Below, one piece after another: positions 61,057 to 64,000 of a stretch of 64,000 bases of DNA (the first letter of the stretch is position 1; every line of letters starts with the position of its first letter). The DNA is from Thermoproteota archaeon (lineage in GTDB: Archaea; Thermoproteota; Thermoprotei_A; EX4484-217-1; JAPDJV01), in the NCBI GenBank assembly GCA_029258925.1, contig JAPDJV010000010.1, positions 32,126-96,125 of the forward strand, written 5' to 3'. A program made the translations under genes and the position numbers. The notes below the pieces were generated by a model that worked only from the letters and a program-made list of their open reading frames with translations, searched no databases and was not told the DNA's origin.

Positions 61057-62250
61057 GTGACAAGTATGAGAGTACTGCTAGCATCTGAATGGCATCCACT
61101 ATCAGTTGGAGGAGTGCAAACACATGTGAGAGAACTAGCTGAAAGCTTGGTGAAAAGAGGTTTCGAGGTATTCGTTATTTCAAGGATTTGCGGAGGAAAA
61201 ATAAACTGCGAATCTCATAATTCCCTGTTTAAGACTTATACTGTAAGCTCGATATTCCCGTTCGACATCATCCTTGTACCACCCGACCCCTTCAAGATTA
61301 GGGAGATCGTGGAGAAGATAAGGCCGGACGTGGTCCATGCGCATCATGCTTTCACGTTTTTACCGTTGATTACGCTAAGGATAGCAGAGTCGTTGAGTAT
61401 TCCAAGGATTCTGACAAACCATAGTGCAGCAGCTGGCTACGACTACAATGTCTTCTGGAGGACGTCGTCTTACATTCTAATACCGTATAGGAAATACATT
61501 TCGAAAGCAAACACTATAATATCTGTAAGCAGGGCAGCGGACAAGTTCATATCTCATTTTGTAAACAATAGTGTGAAGAGAGTTATAATACCTAATGGCA
61601 TCAACACTAAGCGCTTCACTCCTCCGGTTAGAGAAGTAGGGGATTTGAGAGTTCTATTTGTGGGAAGACTGGTTTACCGTAAGGGAGTGCATGTGCTCTT
61701 AAAGTCATTTAGTAGAGTGTCTTTAGAGGTGCCTGAGGCAAGGCTCACGATTGTTGGAAAAGGCTACCTAGAACCATTGTTGAGGGGACTTGCTTCCATA
61801 ATGGACTTAAAGGAGAGAGTTGAGTTCAAGGGGTTTATAGATGAGGCCTTGAAGCCTGAAATATATAGGGAGTCCAGGATATTGGTTGTACCGAGCATTT
61901 ATGGAGAGAGCTTCGGAATAGTTGTCTTAGAGGGAATGGCTTCTGGTAGACCTGTTATAGCATCAAATACTGGTGGGCTGAGCGAGATCGTAGAGGACGG
62001 GGTTAACGGATTGCTTGTTGAACCCGGAAACCCCTATGAGTTAGCGGATAAAATAATATTGCTTCTTGAAGACAGAAAATTGTGGAAGAGGCTCTCTGTT
62101 AATGCTAGAATTGAGGCTGTACTAAAATATTCTTGGGACGTTGTTGTCGAGAAAATTATAGGCATGTACGAAGGCTTGTACAGCAATAATTCAACTCCCA
62201 AAATCGTATCCTCATCAAAGAGAATATTCAAAGCACCAGCTTTAAGATAG
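61057..62250 (+). CDS. GT4-family glycosyltransferase
   Basis: Carries the E-x7-E region GESFGIVVLEGMASGRPVIAS and the N-terminal GGVQTHV. Confidence 0.8.
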   Translation: MTSMRVLLASEWHPLSVGGVQTHVRELAESLVKRGFEVFVISRICGGKINCESHNSLFKTYTVSSIFPFDIILVPPDPFKIREIVEKIRPDVVHAHHAFTFLPLITLRIAESLSIPRILTNHSAAAGYDYNVFWRTSSYILIPYRKYISKANTIISVSRAADKFISHFVNNSVKRVIIPNGINTKRFTPPVREVGDLRVLFVGRLVYRKGVHVLLKSFSRVSLEVPEARLTIVGKGYLEPLLRGLASIMDLKERVEFKGFIDEALKPEIYRESRILVVPSIYGESFGIVVLEGMASGRPVIASNTGGLSEIVEDGVNGLLVEPGNPYELADKIILLLEDRKLWKRLSVNARIEAVLKYSWDVVVEKIIGMYEGLYSNNSTPKIVSSSKRIFKAPALR

Positions 62251-62432
62251 AGATCTTCAATAACATTCATGGTATGGAAAGCAGCCTCATAAAAACCATA
62301 AGCTACTTGAACTATTACGTGTATGACGTGTGTATCTGAGATGCGTAATGAATACTTTTGGGTTTTTACCTGAGAGATGGATGGAGAATCGTTCTCTACA
62401 TAGCATGATTTAAATAATACTAATTGGATGCC

Positions 62433-63365
62433 TTATGCAACTATCTTAGCTCCATGCGACTTGTAAATGAAGCATATTCCTATGGCTACGATCGAGAGTG
62501 AAAGTGCCTGAGTAATCGCGAGTTTTTCTCCCAGTATGACTAAAGCCCACACCACGCCGAACACCGTGTGTGTCGAAAATATAGCCGTGGTCTTACCGGC
62601 TCCAATATGGTATAGAGACGCGAAGAATAAGAGGAGTGAGTTACCTAAACTAATAACTCCCACCACTATGATCATAATTATCTGGCTCAAGTCCACTATA
62701 GCATTATAGTGTCCGAGTGCTATAGATGTAGATGTGAGAATTATTCCTCCTAGAATAGATTTCAAAGCTGAAACCTCTATTACATCCCCCCTAATACTGA
62801 TAATCCTACTTAAAGTGTTGTCAACAGCCCAGAGCATACAAGCTAAAACGATGATAATGTTACCAGTAAAACTGCCCGCATAGAATTCACCTAATCCTCC
62901 CCCAATAGATGTTAAAACAATGCCTACTGCTATCATCAATAGTGCTGCTACCTCGATTCCACGAAGCCTTTCCCCCAGTAGTATGTAGGCTAGTAGTATT
63001 GTGAAGAAGAGTTCTGAAACCAGTAGAAGTGAGGCGCTAGATGCTGTTGTAAACTGTAAGCCTACGAGGAAAATGTAGGGTGCCATTAGTGAGCCTACAA
63101 TAACTATGGAGAATAAAAGCATGAATTCTCTGAGAGAGATTGAGGGAAAATCTTTCCTCTCCAATCCGAGGAAATCGTAGAGAGGCTTAGTTATAAATCC
63201 AGGGAGCATTCTAAGCGAAAATAAATATGCTCCAGCAACCAGGTAGGATAAGCCTCCCAAAGTCATAGGATCTAGTTTAGTTAAAAGCATCTTACTTATT
63301 GAACTATTAATTCCGTAGAAAAGAGCACTCAAAACTGCTGCAACGTAACCCCAGTGATGGGTCAA
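62433..63365 (-). CDS. EamA/DMT-family transporter
   Basis: 310 aa with 10 TM helices arranged as two EamA repeats. Confidence 0.65.
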   Translation of the reverse strand: MTHHWGYVAAVLSALFYGINSSISKMLLTKLDPMTLGGLSYLVAGAYLFSLRMLPGFITKPLYDFLGLERKDFPSISLREFMLLFSIVIVGSLMAPYIFLVGLQFTTASSASLLLVSELFFTILLAYILLGERLRGIEVAALLMIAVGIVLTSIGGGLGEFYAGSFTGNIIIVLACMLWAVDNTLSRIISIRGDVIEVSALKSILGGIILTSTSIALGHYNAIVDLSQIIMIIVVGVISLGNSLLLFFASLYHIGAGKTTAIFSTHTVFGVVWALVILGEKLAITQALSLSIVAIGICFIYKSHGAKIVA

Positions 63366-63479
63366 AACATCGTCCCCTAACCTATTTAGTATCGTAAAAA
63401 CATTGGTTTAGATAAAAATGTTTCCGTTAAAAACAAAACCAATAATCCTCTGCTGTAAGATAAAAAGAGATGAATGATA

Positions 63480-64000
63480 CTATTTTCTTCTCCTAGATAA
63501 AATCACTACTGCGGCTATGGCGACAACAGCTAATATTCCCCCTACCATGTACCATTGAGTTTGAACAGGCTTTTCTTCAACAGGTGTCGCCGGAGTGGTG
63601 GGTGTTGTAGGCATGGTTGGGGTTGTTGGGGTAGTTGGTGGCGTTGCTTCTCCAACAGTAAACTGGTAAACATCGCTCTCAGCAGTGTTCCAAGCTAGAT
63701 CCCGTGCTTTCACATAGTACTCTACTGTTACTCCAGCCCCTGGCCTGGAATCGTCGCCTTCCACATTCCACCGATTAAACTCATCTCGGTTGAAACCCAT
63801 GCTCCTCCAGCAACCCTATAGTACAGGAGCACTTCGTCTATTCCCACACCCACATCACTTACATCAACGCTTACCTCTACATCACTATCCGCAACTGGTT
63901 GTAGAGGAGTGATTATGGGGACTCCGATGATGGGAGGCGTTTCATCCGCCAGTTCAACTATAATATTCTTTGTTGATAATTCCACTTCAAAGTGAATGTA
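63480..64000 (-). pseudogene. C-terminal part of a surface (Ig-like/Thr-Pro-linker/TM-anchored) protein, frameshifted near 63760; gene continues beyond window end
   Basis: Frame A reads ...VLLYYRVAGGAWVSTEMSLIGGMWKATIPGQG and stops at 63728. Frame B continues the same domain as AGVTVEYYVKARDLAWNTAESDVYQFTV, followed by a PTTPTTPTMPTTPTTPATP linker and a C-terminal TM with basic tail (ILAVVAIAAVVILSRRRK). Confidence 0.5.

Noticed and set aside
1-64000. CRISPR array / cas genes
   Set aside because: I found no regularly spaced direct repeats on reading through the intergenic regions, and no Cas-like ORFs.
1-64000. tRNA/rRNA genes
   Set aside because: I scanned the intergenic regions for GC-rich cloverleaf ends (GGTTCGAATCC-like T-arm, ...CCA-adjacent acceptor stems) and for rRNA-like conserved blocks, and recognised none. 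I could not run tRNAscan, so short intron-containing archaeal tRNAs cannot be fully excluded.

Overview
This window looks like a 64-kb chromosomal segment from a (hyper)thermophilic archaeon, probably a crenarchaeote (Thermoproteota). It is gene-dense, uses TTG and GTG starts often, has AT-rich intergenic DNA, and I found no rRNA, tRNA or CRISPR array by eye.

Housekeeping genes sit next to an accessory, toxin–antitoxin-rich set of loci. The housekeeping genes include carA/carB, Tpt1/KptA, TrmO, a radical SAM protein, Mrp/NBP35, two NUDIX hydrolases, an M20D amidohydrolase, a GT4 glycosyltransferase, and EamA and ABC transporters. The accessory loci are:
- three HEPN–MNT pairs, one with a frameshifted HEPN;
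- a VapBC pair;
- an NTase-fold protein overlapped by a small Arg-rich ORF;
- several very large secreted proteins, including a 1350-aa C25/gingipain-like cysteine peptidase and a beta-propeller protein;
- decayed genes: a PurM-like pseudogene with at least four frameshifts, a frameshifted surface protein at the window end, and an EamA gene with no canonical start codon.

The most unusual locus is a compact overlapping three-gene operon on the minus strand at 30831–33832. It encodes a 576-aa SMC-family ATPase with short coiled-coil arms and no recognisable hinge or zinc hook, a ScpA-like kleisin and a ScpB-like tandem-wHTH protein. It sits convergent to a 940-aa Lhr-type helicase. This looks like a 'mini-condensin' or Wadjet/Lamassu-like SMC module of unknown role.

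All calls come from reading ORF translations for motifs. No database search was possible.
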